A stretch of 63,495 nt of DNA, filler included, from Octopus bimaculoides (taxonomy: Eukaryota): NCBI RefSeq assembly GCF_001194135.2. It is 4 parts of 4 records of this genome, joined end to end, with 100 filler letters (N's around TTAATTAATTAA, not from the genome) between each part and the next. Parts side by side here need not be neighbours in the genome. Positions count along the whole stretch, not along the records: positions 1 to 27,729 come from NC_068987.1; 3 more parts are not named here. The stretch is one strand, 5' to 3'. Made by a program: the position numbers and the translations under genes. The notes under the pieces are model-generated. The model was not told the origin of the DNA and did not search any database. It saw nothing but the letters and a program-made list of their open reading frames with translations. Of this stretch, positions 1-12,857 are shown piece after piece. Each line of letters opens with the position of its first letter. The stretch's first letter is position 1.

Positions 1-1
1 T

Positions 2-32
<31 letters not shown>

Positions 33-1286
33 GCGTGTGTGCATTATACATATATACACAAATACATACGTATATGACATCCAACGTAGACAAAAGGAAT
101 GAAACTGGGGCGGATTAGAAATGAAAGATGAAGTAAATAGTCTTACTTTTTGGGAGATTACCTACTTAAAATCGTGGCTGAAAATAATATGCAACGAAGT
201 ACTAGCATAAAGCTCACCCGGAGGCATATGTCTGGACAGAAAAGCTCGCATCACCGTCCTGCCATTGTCGTGTCTTTGTTAATAATTTTTCTTTTTATCT
301 ATTTACTTATACGCAGTTTCATACGAAATTCTCAAATTTTCATTGTAAATTTATAGAAAATGGGTGTGAATCAAATAAATATTTCTAAATAGGCTGGTTA
401 TTATTTTCTTTTTAAATTTATAAGATATGGTAATTTGGTTTATTTATTTAATTAATTAAACTAAAATTAATGGTGTATATGTAATTATTTTCCATGTATA
501 AGAAAGGTCTCGCTTTCTGAAATATTTAATTTAATTTAATATGTTTACCAAGGGTAATGTCATGCTGACACTTTCTAATAAGAATGAAATGGTTCAATAT
601 ATGATTACCTATAACTAAAGATATTAGGGTATTTATAATGAGTAAGCAAAAAGAAATATTCATGCACTTATTTGTATCTACGCGTGCATATACATCTATA
701 TTAAAATAATTAAGTCCCACCACATCTAAGCGAAAGCTTTATTGGTTTCATTAATTTTCGTGAAATGCCAGTAGTTATCAACTTGCGTCGATCTTCCTTA
801 CTCGCTTCAAGATAAAAGATAAGAACTCGGAAAAAAGAGAAGTATAGCTGAACCAAATACTCAATACTTGTTTGCTTTAGACTCGTTAAATCTATGATTA
901 GACATCAGCCATGTGATTCACACAGGATATACATACGAGCGATCGCCAGTAGATGTGACGAAGTGTTAGGAATGATAATGCAAATAGTAGATTTGTAACC
1001 AGTCATGTGATGTGTTACGTCAGCCAAATGTGTGCAGTCTGGTTGTGGACTGATTTGCTTTATCAGTAAAAAAACTAACTTGACTGTGACGGCAGTTGGA
1101 CCTTATCTCTTACCTTCTGTCGGGACATGAACTAATTTAGTTTATCAGTAAAATACATATTTGTCTGTGACAGCATGTAGATATTATCTCTTACTTTCTG
1201 TCGGTACTGGATGCATGTTAAAGAACTTACAATTGCAAACAATGGTTGTATATCTTCATTCTCTTTCTAAGCGGATAAATATTCAC

Positions 1287-1368
1287 CATTTCTATTCTCA
1301 GTGCTGGCTCGGCTGGCTCGGTTGACTCCAACAAGACTGTTGTGAATGGCTGAAATTCACCCGGATAT
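1287..1368 (-). CDS. Candidate internal coding exon (82 nt, phase 2 to 0), YPGEFQPFTTVLLESTEPAEPALRIEM
   Basis: Minus-strand acceptor tgtttgtttttgccaacag and donor ATG|gtgaat. Only one of three frames is open, and it is phase-compatible with the 10224-10378 exon. No homology recognised. Confidence 0.35.
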
Positions 1369-1794
1369 CTGTTGGCAAAAACAAACATGGTATGATCTTA
1401 ATCACGCAGTTACCTACGCCAAACACACGCTCATACACATACACACACGTACATAGATATACCAAAATGTACATGTGTGTATACGCTTATACATATACAT
1501 ACACATATTCAAACCGAAACCTACGCATGCATATCACACCAAGTAGAAAGCCTCTATGCGGCTGCTTGTTCTGTTAGATCTAGCAGCTAGCTCACTGTCT
1601 ATATACAGCCGATCGTTTTGAAAATGGAAGGACATAATGAGTTATGTTGTAGATACACAAAAAGAAGGTCATTTGATCATAGGCTCATTGGATCAAATCT
1701 AACAACCACACATACACACGCACGAACACACGCGCATACACTTATGCATATACACACACACACATGCATTGTTATATGCATTAGCGAAATTATA

Positions 1795-1850
1795 GCAGAA
1801 AAGAGAAAGCAATAGAGAGAAAGTGAGAGAAAAAGAGAGGAGAAAGAGAG

Positions 1851-1881
<31 letters not shown>

Positions 1882-2152
1882 GAAGAAAGAGAGAGTGAAG
1901 GAGAAAGAGAGAGAGGAAGAAACAGAAGGAGAGGGAGAGAGAGCGCTTGGTATAGAAAATGGTGACAAAAGTAGGAAGAGAAAAGAGACAAAGGGCTGAG
2001 AAATGGAGAAAATGGAGGGAATAGAATAGGGAAGAAAAAAGGGGTCGAAAAGGAGGGAAAGTGAGAGAGGGTGTCTTGGATAGGGAGATGAGTGGATTCC
2101 CAGAAAAGAGAAAAGAAAAAATAAGAAGAGTGGGAAATTGAGAGAGAGAGTG
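1795..2152. repeat. (AG)n / purine-rich low-complexity tract running into an N gap
   Basis: Directly visible GA/AG repeats. Confidence 0.9.
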
Positions 2153-2468
2153 NNNNNNNNNNNNNNNNNNNNNNNNNNNNNNNNNNNNNNNNNNNNNNNN
2201 NNNNNNNNNNNNNNNNNNNNNNNNNNNNNNNNNNNNNNNNNNNNNNNNNNNNNNNNNNNNNNNNNNNNNNNNNNNNNNNNNNNNNNNNNNNNNNNNNNNN
2301 NNNNNNNNNNNNNNNNNNNNNNNNNNNNNNNNNNNNNNNNNNNNNNNNNNNNNNNNNNNNNNNNNNNNNNNNNNNNNNNNNNNNNNNNNNNNNNNNNNNN
2401 NNNNNNNNNNNNNNNNNNNNNNNNNNNNNNNNNNNNNNNNNNNNNNNNNNNNNNNNNNNNNNNNNNNN

Positions 2469-2501
<33 letters not shown>

Positions 2502-3162
2502 TAGGCATCTATTTGCATCCATACATATGACTAATCGGTTGATTATGTTCCGCTCCCCATGTGGTTACATGTCGTGTGACTCTATCCAAAATGGCCGCAT
2601 CTTGCTTAAATTAATAGCTTTAGCCAGTTTAGGTCGAGCTAATAGAATTAAACTATTAAATTATTTATACTCTAGCTCCGTTACTGAGTACTTTCTGTTC
2701 TGTTCAACACCATTAACAATGCTTATATAAATGTACGTACGTACGTACGTACGTATGTATATATATGTATGTATGTAGGTAGCTAATGTATGTACGTGTG
2801 TGTGTGTGTGTACTTCGGCCTATCATTAGGTACTAAGCACGGAGGTTCAGAGATTGGTACTTGTGTTCTACAAGCGTCTATCGTTATAATCCAATGACGT
2901 TCAGATGCCTTTTTTACGATCAGGTAATTTGTCATTGCATCAATTGGAAGTCCTACGGTGATAGACGAGTGGCGACGTCTGCAGGCCTAACCAGTTGGAA
3001 ACACAGTTACAAAGCAGCAGGACTGAATATTCATTTGAGAAGTCATGGTCGGAGAGGCAGAAATGTCATTAACGAGAAAGCATAAGGCGATGGCAGTCAT
3101 CTGTGAAGATGTAGCAATATGTGTGTGTACTTGTATGTAATGCATGTATATGTGAAAGTAGC

Positions 3163-3290
3163 TAGCTGGCAGAATCATTCTTCGTGGTCTGAGTTCAAAT
3201 TCCGCCGAGGTCGATTTGTATTTTATCCTTTCGGGGTCGATAAATTAAGTACCACCGAAATTGCTGGCCTTGTGTCAAAATTGGAAGTTA
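3163..3290 (+). mobile_element. Internally deleted SINE, family A (head gagctggcagaa)
   Basis: Shares ctgagttcaaattccgccgaggtcga and cctttcggggtcgataaattaagtacc with the full copies at 9461 and 29453. Confidence 0.8.
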
Positions 3291-4406
3291 ATATATAGTA
3301 GGGTCATCTCGCGTATTTAATATGAATTGATAAAAAAAAGCAAAGATAAAGAAAAACTTTGTTTATCTCGGATTATCCATGCAATTGATAGCGGAAAACT
3401 CCAGTCAGAAGTTTATAAAATCTAAAATGCTCTGACAAGGGAGATAACTGCAATACAATCAATCAGTTGAAAATTTGGAAAATATAGGAAAAGCAGATTA
3501 ATTGCAGTGGGTCTACTGAGCCTCATCTTAAAGCCAACGGGTGAAAGCAAGAAGCGAGACACGTTTCTGTTTTATACCTCTTCAGTTAAACGGGTTCTAT
3601 TAAATTCACTACAAATAGAAGTGAAAGTATGTATGTATGTATGTATGTATGTATGTATGTATGTATGTATATANNNNNNNNNNNNNNNNNNNNNNNNNNN
3701 NNNNNNNNNNNNNNNNNNNNNNNNNNNNNNNNNNNNNNNNNNNNNNNNNNNNNNNNNNNNNNNNNNNNNNNNNNNNNNNNNNNNNNNNNNNNNNNNNNNN
3801 NNNNNNNNNNNNNNNNNNNNNNNNNNNNNNNNNNNNNNNNNNNNNNNNNNNNNNNNNNNNNNNNNNNNNNNNNNNNNNNNNNNNNNNNNNNNNNNNNNNN
3901 NNNNNNNNNNNNNNNNNNNNNNNNNNNNNNNNNNNNNNNNNNNNNNNNNNNNNNNNNNNNNNNNNNNNNNNNNNNNNNNNNNNNNNNNNNNNNNNNNNNN
4001 NNNNNNNNNNNNNNNNNNNNNNNNNNNNNNNNNNNNNNNNNNNNNNNNNNNNNNNNNNNNNNNNNNNNNNNNNNNNNNNNNNNNNNNNNNNNNNNNNNNN
4101 NNNNNNNNNNNNNNNNNNNNNNNNNNNNNNNNNNNNNNNNNNNNNNNNNNNNNNNNNNNNNNNNNNNNNNNNNNNNNNNNNNNNNNNNNNNNNNNNNNNN
4201 NNNNNNNNNNNNNNNNNNNNNNNNNNNNNNNNNNNNNNNNNNNNNNNNNNNNNNNNNNNNNNNNNNNNNNNNNNNNNNNNNNNNNNNNNNNNNNNNNNNN
4301 NNNNNNNNTTAAATAAACTGATGTCTGCATGTCAATTTCTCCATTTCCTTCTTCTTCTCATTCATATATATTTATATATATGTGTGTGTATACATACATA
4401 CATATA

Positions 4407-4465
<59 letters not shown>

Positions 4466-5742
4466 ATATGTATGGATGTATATGCGTGTGTGTAGATAGA
4501 TAAACAGACAGATATGGTAAGAGAAAGAATGAAAGTTTGTGGATGGAAATAAAAACATAGAAATCTGCGAAGAAAATGATGGAGGTAGGAGGAAGAGAGA
4601 AAAAAGACGAAGAAAATTCAAGAAAATGAATGGATAAGAAAAAATGAGAGAGAGAGAGAGAGAATGAGAGAGAATCAGATAAAGAGACAGAGAGAAAGAG
4701 AGAGATAGAGAATATTTGATGTATACGGAACGAAAGAAAAAGGCTGGAAAAGTTGTATGAAAGCGAGTGTCTGGAACAGCTTGACATATCATGAGACGAT
4801 AAAGTGAGGTGGAGTGGGAGGAAGAGTGGGAGAGAACGGTGGAAGAAGGAGGAGGAGGAGGAGGTGAAAGAGGCGATAATGGCGGTCACCAGTATTCTCT
4901 GAATCAATATTACAGACCAGCCAATGATAAATTCCTCGATGTGGTTGCTGGTCCTACTAGAAATAGCAATAAAATCTTCCTCAACCCACGCGCTGTTGGT
5001 TTTAGTAAGAAAATCAAATGCCATACAATGTAGTTTCAAATTCCATTGGAATGCTTTTAATCACAGGTTCACTGCTTTATTGGTCTCTTCGATTAGGGAT
5101 GATCTAAGGCTATAAACAACAGCAGCAACAACAATCTCTTCGATATTAGGAGGGCTTTATTCATGAGGTCTTCTCAATTAGGATTTATATAGGCTAAAAC
5201 AACAACAACAACAAGCACAGCAGCAGCAGCAATCAAGGTTACAACCTCGCCCACCACTGCCACCGCCATCAACATTTTCAATATGCTTCTCAGAATAATA
5301 AGTTGAAGAATTAGAAATTCGACACAAATGACTTCATCTTCACAGCTAAATGTTTTTCACCAATCGTAATCAGGTTTTCTTAATAATTTACTCTCTCTCT
5401 CTCTCTCCCTCACTCACTCATTCTCTCCTCTCTCTGTCCACTCTCTCTCCTCCTCTTCCTCTCTGCAAATACATATACGTCTACGTATGTATGTATGCAT
5501 GTACGTATGCATGCATGTATATATNNNNNNNNNNNNNNNNNNNNNNNNNNNNNNNNNNNNNNNNNNNNNNNNNNNNNNNNNNNNNNNNNNNNNNNNNNNN
5601 NNNNNNNNNNNNNNNNNNNNNNNNNNNNNNNNNNNNNNNNNNNNNNNNNNNNNNNNNNNNNNNNNNNNNNNNNNNNNNNNNNNNNNNNNNNNNNNNNNNN
5701 NNNNNNNNNNNNNNNNNNNNNNACGAATTGAATTGATAAGTT

Positions 5743-7047
5743 TTGGGTCATCCCGTAAATAATGCGGTTTCTTTATACTTCTTTTAGTTTTCCAAATTTC
5801 TTTTCTAATCTAAAATATACTCTCCTTCATTTTCTACAATGCTCTTCCATCTATCTGGTAGATTTGCATGGCCCCTCTTTCAAAATTCACTTGTTCGTAA
5901 CGAAAAATGCTCCTCCAGTATTGTTCTGACCTCCTCTACAGAATTCATATTGTTTCCGTCCAAATGATTTTGAAGACTGCGGAATAAATGATAATCAGAT
6001 GGGGCAATGTCCGGTGAATATGGTGGGTGAATATGGCATCGTTTCCCATTCAAACAGTTCCGGTCTTTGGAATGTCATCCTTGCTGTATGTGGCCGAGCA
6101 TTATCTTGATGGAAGAACACCTTTCATCTTGAAACCAAACATGGTTGTTTTTCATCTGGTGCTGACTTAAGTTGCTCAAGCTGCTCGCAGTAGACCTCCT
6201 TGGTTATCACTTGGTTTGGGTTTAAAAGTTCAAAGTGGACTAAACCTTTCATATCCCACCAAACAGATAACAACACCTTACGTGGGTGAAGATCTTTAGC
6301 CTAGGGTGCCGATGTTTCTTCCTTCCCTACGCACTGTCTTCAGCGCTTGACATTTTTATGCAGAAGCTATTTCTCGTAACCAGTCACTATTCGGTTCGAA
6401 AAAGGTTCATTCGTGAGACATGACAGCAAAGAAGAGCACACATTTACTCTCTGTGTGCGATTAGACTCGGAAAGTTTTTGAGGAACCCATTAACACAATT
6501 TGCCGAATTTTCCGATGACACGCAGGTGTCAATAAATGGTTGAATGACCAAACCCAAGCTTCTCTGCTAGCTCCTCAACAGTTACGATAGGATTTTCTTC
6601 TACCAGGGTTTACAGGACGTCCTCGTCGAGCTCTACAGGTCTTCCAGGACAAGGCTCATCTTCTAGGTTGTAGTTTCTGGCTCGGAATTTCTGGAACCAC
6701 TGTTCACACTGGCTTACGCTTATTGTCCGATCCCCATATACTGCATTAATGTTCCTCGCATTGTCCGTTGCGTTGTTGCCGAATATGCCGAATATGCAAA
6801 AGATGCAAAATATGCAAAATATGCAAAATATGCCGAATATGCTCCTTTGTCACTTCCATTATAGCTTTGAAAAAAAGATAGCTGTTAAAATTGAAAAGCA
6901 TTCTTCAAAACTTACACTAAGAATAAGGACAAGGTAAAATTACTACCTGCTTTTATAACAAGTTGATGCAGGTAGTTTATCCCGTCCCCCTCCGACTTTT
7001 AGTTCATGCAATTGAAAAAAAACTGCATTACTTATGGGATGACCCAA
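5743..7047 (-). mobile_element. Full-length decayed mariner (Tc1/mariner, DD34D type) DNA transposon
   Basis: About 27 bp TIRs (ttgggtcatcccgtaaataatgcggtt and aactgcattacttatgggatgacccaa), TA at the right end, 1.3 kb length, transposase motifs inside. Confidence 0.93.
5805..6859 (-). pseudogene. Mariner transposase pseudogene
   Basis: Hand translation gives MEVTKEHIRH, WVPQKL (WVPHEL motif), VTGYEK, LHPRKVLLSVWWD, FHQDNARPH and a YSPDIAPSDYHLF-type motif, with several stops and frameshifts. Confidence 0.92.
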
Positions 7048-7077
7048 TAGATATATATTAACTGACAATCGTAGGTG

Positions 7078-7118
<41 letters not shown>

Positions 7119-7290
7119 ACACACACTTACACAGAGTATTGTGATAGATTGATAGCTAGATGTATACAGACGGCTATCAAAACATGATTGAGCAACAGAT
7201 TACATGGTATGGATTTTGACATTTAACGGCCTCATTCAAACATTACAATTCTCCTCAGCAACTTTCTTTTCTCCAATTGTCAAAACATAC

Positions 7291-7331
7291 GCAGAGCCCT
7301 TCTCCACTCAACAGAACGTCCGCACCGTGCC
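7291..7331 (-). CDS. Possible small exon (41 nt) of the minus-strand gene starting near 10.4 kb
   Basis: Acceptor ttaatcatttgttgtag and donor tgc|gtatgt; two frames open (ARCGRSVEWRRAL or HGADVLLSGEGLC). It does not join in phase to 1287-1368. Confidence 0.2.
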
Positions 7332-8105
7332 CTACAACAAATGATTAAGGCATTTATGTCGCTATGTGCAATATGCCAAATAACAAAATTAATGTTCATA
7401 TCAATATGACAAAATTATATATTCCAGTTCTATTTGATGTTGTCAGTATATTGAGTACTCTACAAATTTCTTTTTGGAAAACGATTTACCCCAAGGAATA
7501 TTCTGACGTCTCCGTATACTCGTATGGACGCATAATTCTGTGTCTTTATATGTTTTTGTACGTGTGTATCTCCGTACGTGTCTGCATAAAAAAGTTGAAA
7601 CGTACTTTGTCTGTTAAAGAGATTCATTTATATTTTGTTGCCTTGTTCTTTGCAAATTCTACAAGGGTTTTTGCAATTATTTTGGATGGAATTCCTTATT
7701 GGAAGTTTTGATCAGATCTGCAATGAAATGTCACCAAAACCTTTTCCCTTTTGTATGCTTAACTAACGCGATTGTTACAGAAGGAAATTTACAGAAAGAC
7801 CACGAATACAGACTTTGCGTGCCGTCTACAAATACCGAATATAATGAACCAAAAGAAGATTCCATAGGTAAGTTAAATGCCTTAAATGTGTCTCTCCCGT
7901 CTTTTTACATTATTTTTGCATACGACATCGTACAAATAAAATAAAATTAAATTAAAGGATCACTATTGTTGCATTGAGGGATTAAAATTTCGTGACTCAA
8001 AATTGGCGATCAAAATAAGCCTAAATCATTGTCTATTTTCTTAAACTGTCTTTTAATAGTTTTAGGCATGTCTCATAATGATAATAATAATAATAATAAT
8101 AATAA

Positions 8106-8320
8106 TCCTTTCTACTATAGGCACAAGACCTTAAATTTGGTGGCGGGGGTCAGACGATTAGTTCAACCCCAGTATGCAACTGGCACTTAATTTATCGACC
8201 CCGAAAGGATGAATGGCAAAGTCGACCTCGGCGGGATTTGAACTCAGAACGTAAAGACAGACGAAATACCGCTAAGTATCTCACCCGGCGTGCTAACGAT
8301 TCTGCCAACTCGCCGCCTTC
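8106..8320 (-). mobile_element. SINE family A, full length
   Basis: Reverse complement of the 9461 and 29453 copies; (TAA)n tail at 8070-8105. Confidence 0.9.
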
Positions 8321-8363
8321 AATAATAGCAGTAATAGTAGTAGTAGTAGTAGTAGTAGTAGTA

Positions 8364-8440
<77 letters not shown>
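8321..8440. repeat. (AGT)n/(AAT)n trinucleotide microsatellite
   Basis: Directly visible; it generates the poly-Ile and poly-Tyr ORFs in the track. Confidence 0.95.
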
Positions 8441-8442
<2 letters not shown>

Positions 8443-9460
8443 ACCGTGGAACACAAATACCGAGGTAGCAGATTAACGAATATACCGCTTAACGAGAAAT
8501 GTTTTGGTTTCAAATCCCGCCATAGCTGATAGAGTCGATAGAAAATTGCCTGTTAAACAATGAGAACCATTCAAATGATACAGTCTCTCTATTTTAGATG
8601 TAAAAGTCCCATTTTTCACTATTCACTGGTTGAAACTTAATCTGCAAGTGTTATTAAACACTGGGCCATTATCAAATTCTCAAATGTCAGGTTTCTTAAA
8701 TTTTAAAAATTTGCTCAATCGAAACTAAAAACCGAAGCTTCTCTCGTGTACACAATTGAAATGCTCCGAGTGAACAGAGGCGCCAACAGAATTATGCTGC
8801 AAAATATGCTGTAATTCTATTTTACACACACTCACAGACACAAACACACACACACTCACTCACACACACCCACACACACATGCGTTTGTGCGTGTACACG
8901 TACACACATATATATTTAAATCTATATTTTCATACTTTGTTTATGGTGAAATGTTTTATCAGTTCTTTTTGTTTTGTACAGACTGTAGACACGTTTCACT
9001 TCCATACATCAAGATTATGCATATTTTCTTCGTTTTTAACTTTTTCTTCGCTATCCTGTTTTTTCAATTTTCAACGCGAATAGACTATTCCCATTATAAT
9101 TATTACATATATTTTAAAAATATTTCTATATTTATAAATTTACGAGATATAAAATCGTTTTAGTTTGCTAAATTTTGACATGTGTAAATCATTTTTCTAC
9201 GTTCTCTTTAAACGATTTTGACATCTTTTTTTCATCCATATAAATATCCGACATCATCTTTCGCTCAGTTTAACATCACTCACAGAATATTTAAAGTCTT
9301 TAGCAAAATTCCTTACACTGTAAGTATTTTATCTAGATTCCTGTGTAAAGATAACTCACTTCCTTTCTTCCTTTCTTCCACCAGTTTGGGAGGCCCTTAA
9401 CAGAATCTTCGCATTGCTTTTTCACCCCTGACTCGAACATAAAATTAATAATACTACTAG

Positions 9461-9668
9461 CAATAAGGCGACGAGCTGGCAGAAACGTTAGCACACCGGG
9501 CGAACTGCTTAACGGAATTTTGTCTGTCTTTACGTTCTGAGTTCAAATTCCGCCTAGGTCGACTTTACCTTTAGGGGTCGATAAATTAAGTACCAGTTGT
9601 GTACTGGAGTCGATCTAATCGACTGGCTCCTCCCCCAAAATTTCGGCCCTTGTGCCTTGAGTAGAGTA
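9461..9668 (+). mobile_element. SINE family A, full length
   Basis: aataaggcgacgagctggcagaaacgttagc head, gagttcaaattcc B-box-like motif, tail ggccttgtgccttgagtaga. Confidence 0.9.
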
Positions 9669-10223
9669 GAACGGTAAGGATCCTTCATTGGAATTTCAAT
9701 AACATTAGTAGGGTGTTTTTGCATGTATGTATGTATGTATGTATGTATGTATGTGATTGTTCAGTTTTATTTTAAGATTTCTTGCCAATAGAGAAAGAGC
9801 TGGTTTCCAGCCTAGATTCAAGGCTTCTTCACTGGAATTTCATCAATACCAACAGAGTATTTTTGCATGCATGCATGAATGTAGATGTGTAGTATTTGGA
9901 GTCAGTGCATGTGCAGATTTGTATGTTTTTTTTTAATGCATGTATTCTCATGCATATAGTTGCATGTCTAGATATGCGCATAAATATTTAAATGAAAAAC
10001 TTCTGGAAAGATTTACAGATTTTTACAGTTTCTGTGATGGATTGAATATGTATGTATGTATGTGCGCGAGCGCGCGTGTGCGTTTATATGTGTATGTTCT
10101 GCCTGAGAAATACGTTTGTAAATTTTACGGACTTGTTCTTTCTTTCTTTCTTTTTCTCCTTCTCCCTCGCCCCCCCCTCCTCTACTCAAAGTTAAGACTG
10201 GAGAGAAGTATAGAAATCCTTAC

Positions 10224-10378
10224 AAGTCAAGTACTGCCAGGCAGGATGTTGCTGCCAGCGACCACAAAGGTACGAATAACAAACACAATGCGCGCCGACA
10301 TCCGCCATTGCAGGAGCCGTACAAGAATAGTATCAGCACGATTTTGGTACAAAGTCTCCAATGAATTTCCTTTTGCAT
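10224..10378 (-). CDS. Candidate first coding exon with a hydrophobic signal-peptide-like N-terminus (MQKEIHWRLCTKIVLILFLYGSCNGGCRRALCLLFVPLWSLAATSCLAVLD)
   Basis: ATG at 10378, 51 open codons plus 2 nt to donor tt|gtaagg, CpG-rich context. A second ATG in another frame (MADVGAHC...) reaches the same donor. Confidence 0.35.
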
Positions 10379-10399
10379 TTCAAACGACAACTATTTCTT

Positions 10400-10500
10400 G
10401 TTAAGATTTGTTGCGCCATATCTATTGAGAAACGTCAAACAGTAACTTAGAACCGTCGCTTTGAATCAAAAGACGCATGACTTCCGCCACGATATGGATG
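10400..10500 (-). promoter_or_regulatory. Promoter-like CpG-containing segment
   Basis: ETS-like acttccg near 10480, atggcg (YY1-like) motifs, and position just upstream of the candidate first exon. Confidence 0.3.
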
Positions 10501-12771
10501 TTTCGACAATAGGCTGTGGGTGTGTAACATCCATTTATCAGCTGCTAATGCAGGATTAATCGAAAATATTGTTTATAGAGAGAAGCATTATTGTCAGAGC
10601 TTTCGTATTTCGTTTGGTTTGAAAATATTTTCAGACGTGTATGAAAGTCAGATGAGAGGAGAAGTCGATTTCTAAGATGGAGATACGTTAAAATATTCTG
10701 TAATTATTGTTATAATTAAAAGGTAATCTTGATTCCCAATCTAACGTGTGCAGGACATCTGTCAATGAGGAACCCATAGCAGGGTGACATCACGTGATCT
10801 GGCAGTCCCGGCTTTATTTGTTCATCTTCCAGAGACACTTGAATGCTTCTCCTCAGGGGTCGAAAACGCTTGAACTGCTGCATACGGCTATGAGCGACCC
10901 CACAACAACATCTAGGCCAACTTCATCAATGTCTTTGACTCAGCATCAGTCTGTTGGTATCCCAAGTTAGAGCATATTATCTTTGACAGTTTGGTAGAAA
11001 TTTGACCTAAAATAAGGGTGTGTTTGCCTTGTCGGTTATTTTAAACTTATAATTAGGTCATGACTAGATAATGTGGAAATTTGAATATTATGTTTTTTGA
11101 TAGATCTAACATTGTTCTTGATGTATGCCATATTTGGTTTGAGAAAGAGAGCATCTTCAATTTAGGGGTGTTTTCTTACGTCTGAGGGGTTAGTTTTGCC
11201 TTAAAATAAGCGGAAAAACGAACAAATTTATCTGACAACCTCATATATAAACATCGAGTTTGCTGTATTCCCGCTTTGAGAATTTGGTAATTGGGAATTA
11301 ATGTAATAAATTGCTTTCTTCGAAATTATCACTTCAAGAATCCCCTTGGATTGGTCTGAGAATATCATCGATTGAGAAGTTACCAAAATTAAAGTTGAAG
11401 GTGCAACTGCGGTTCATAATTTGAGTGCACGTGTGAACATAACAGCGAATAAAGAAATACACCATGTTTCCAAAATTAGAAGGAATATCGTAAAACTGTC
11501 TGAGGATATATTTGGAATCAATGATTCACGTATTCCCAAGTATAGCTCCAACATGCGACGTGCCAGGAATTCTTTTTTGCTGTCCTATCTCAGAGTGATA
11601 GGGCGAAAGTCGAAGTTTATATATAGACACGCTTGTGAACTGCTTTCCTTGGGCAGCCATATTGAAAACACTCTGTATGAATGGTAACAGCCAAATGATT
11701 ACAAATCTTAACTGGATCATTTACCTAATTTTAATTTTCATCTTTTACATGTTTCAGTTATTAGGCTGTGGCCATGCTGAAGCACCACCTTGAAGAGATT
11801 TAGTCAAAGACATCGACCCCAATACTTATCAAAGGGGATTTCTGGATTAGCTCTAGCTAATTACATAAAAGGTAGATACAGTTCTCCTTTAATACCGATA
11901 GCGACATACGTTCAATAATAAGCCTAATTGTATATATCTATCCTCGTTTACCACTGATCCACTCACCACTGATACCGAATAACACGGTACGCTCCATTAT
12001 GAACTGTATTATGCTTATCACGGATTAATCTGTGATTGATCACGGGTCGGCAATCAGTCACAGATTCTGCTCGTTATGATATTTTGCAGTTTTTTAAAAA
12101 TATTATTTACTAATCATATGCTTTTAAATTTTACTCTAAATATCATTCCGACCATGAAACGATATCATTATGTGTTTAAAAATTCTTTGAAAGTGTTATT
12201 AGGCTAAGTTACGGGGACCACATGGGGTCTCGAATGAAACCTATTTTCCAATATGTTCTATTATTCATTTATCACTGATTCATTTAACACGATGTTTCTG
12301 GAACCAAAACCCCGTGATGAATTATCTTCAAATGCAAATGGACTTCCATTGTAAACTCATCTTGAAGCACAAATATGTAGCCCTCATCCTCGGAGCTTGT
12401 GGATGTTGCAAAGCGATTTTATTTCTCGTCTCTTCTGGCCTCTCTGTAAATATTCGAGTTGGAGGAGCGTCATGATAATGCAGGCAGCATTAGGGTTCGG
12501 TCGGTGCATTTCCTGAAACCTTCAAGCGTGACATTTAGAATTATATTGCGGAAGAGTTTGTTTACAGAGATCACTAGCATTTGAATAGATGAAAAGGGAG
12601 AGAGTGGGAGAGCGAAAGAGACAGAGTGAGAGAGAAAGAGAGAGGAGTAGGAAGAGGTGGTGTGCTTTGAGCTACATGTCAATTCGCGTACGCGCGAGGT
12701 CTTTGTTTTGATGGTTCCAATGTAATTCTTACGAGATTTTCAATACATCCATGAATACCTATACACGCGCG

Positions 12772-12857
<86 letters not shown>

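Noticed and set aside
4809-5039. ORFs at 4.8-5.0 kb, including a PEBP-like HWLVCNI motif on the minus strand
   Set aside because: The segment overlaps (GGA)n and the dispersed ctagaaatagca repeat; the motif frame is preceded by stops and has no convincing splice pair.
9940-10404. 154 aa plus-strand ORF
   Set aside because: It includes microsatellite and low-complexity sequence and is antisense to the better-supported minus-strand first exon.
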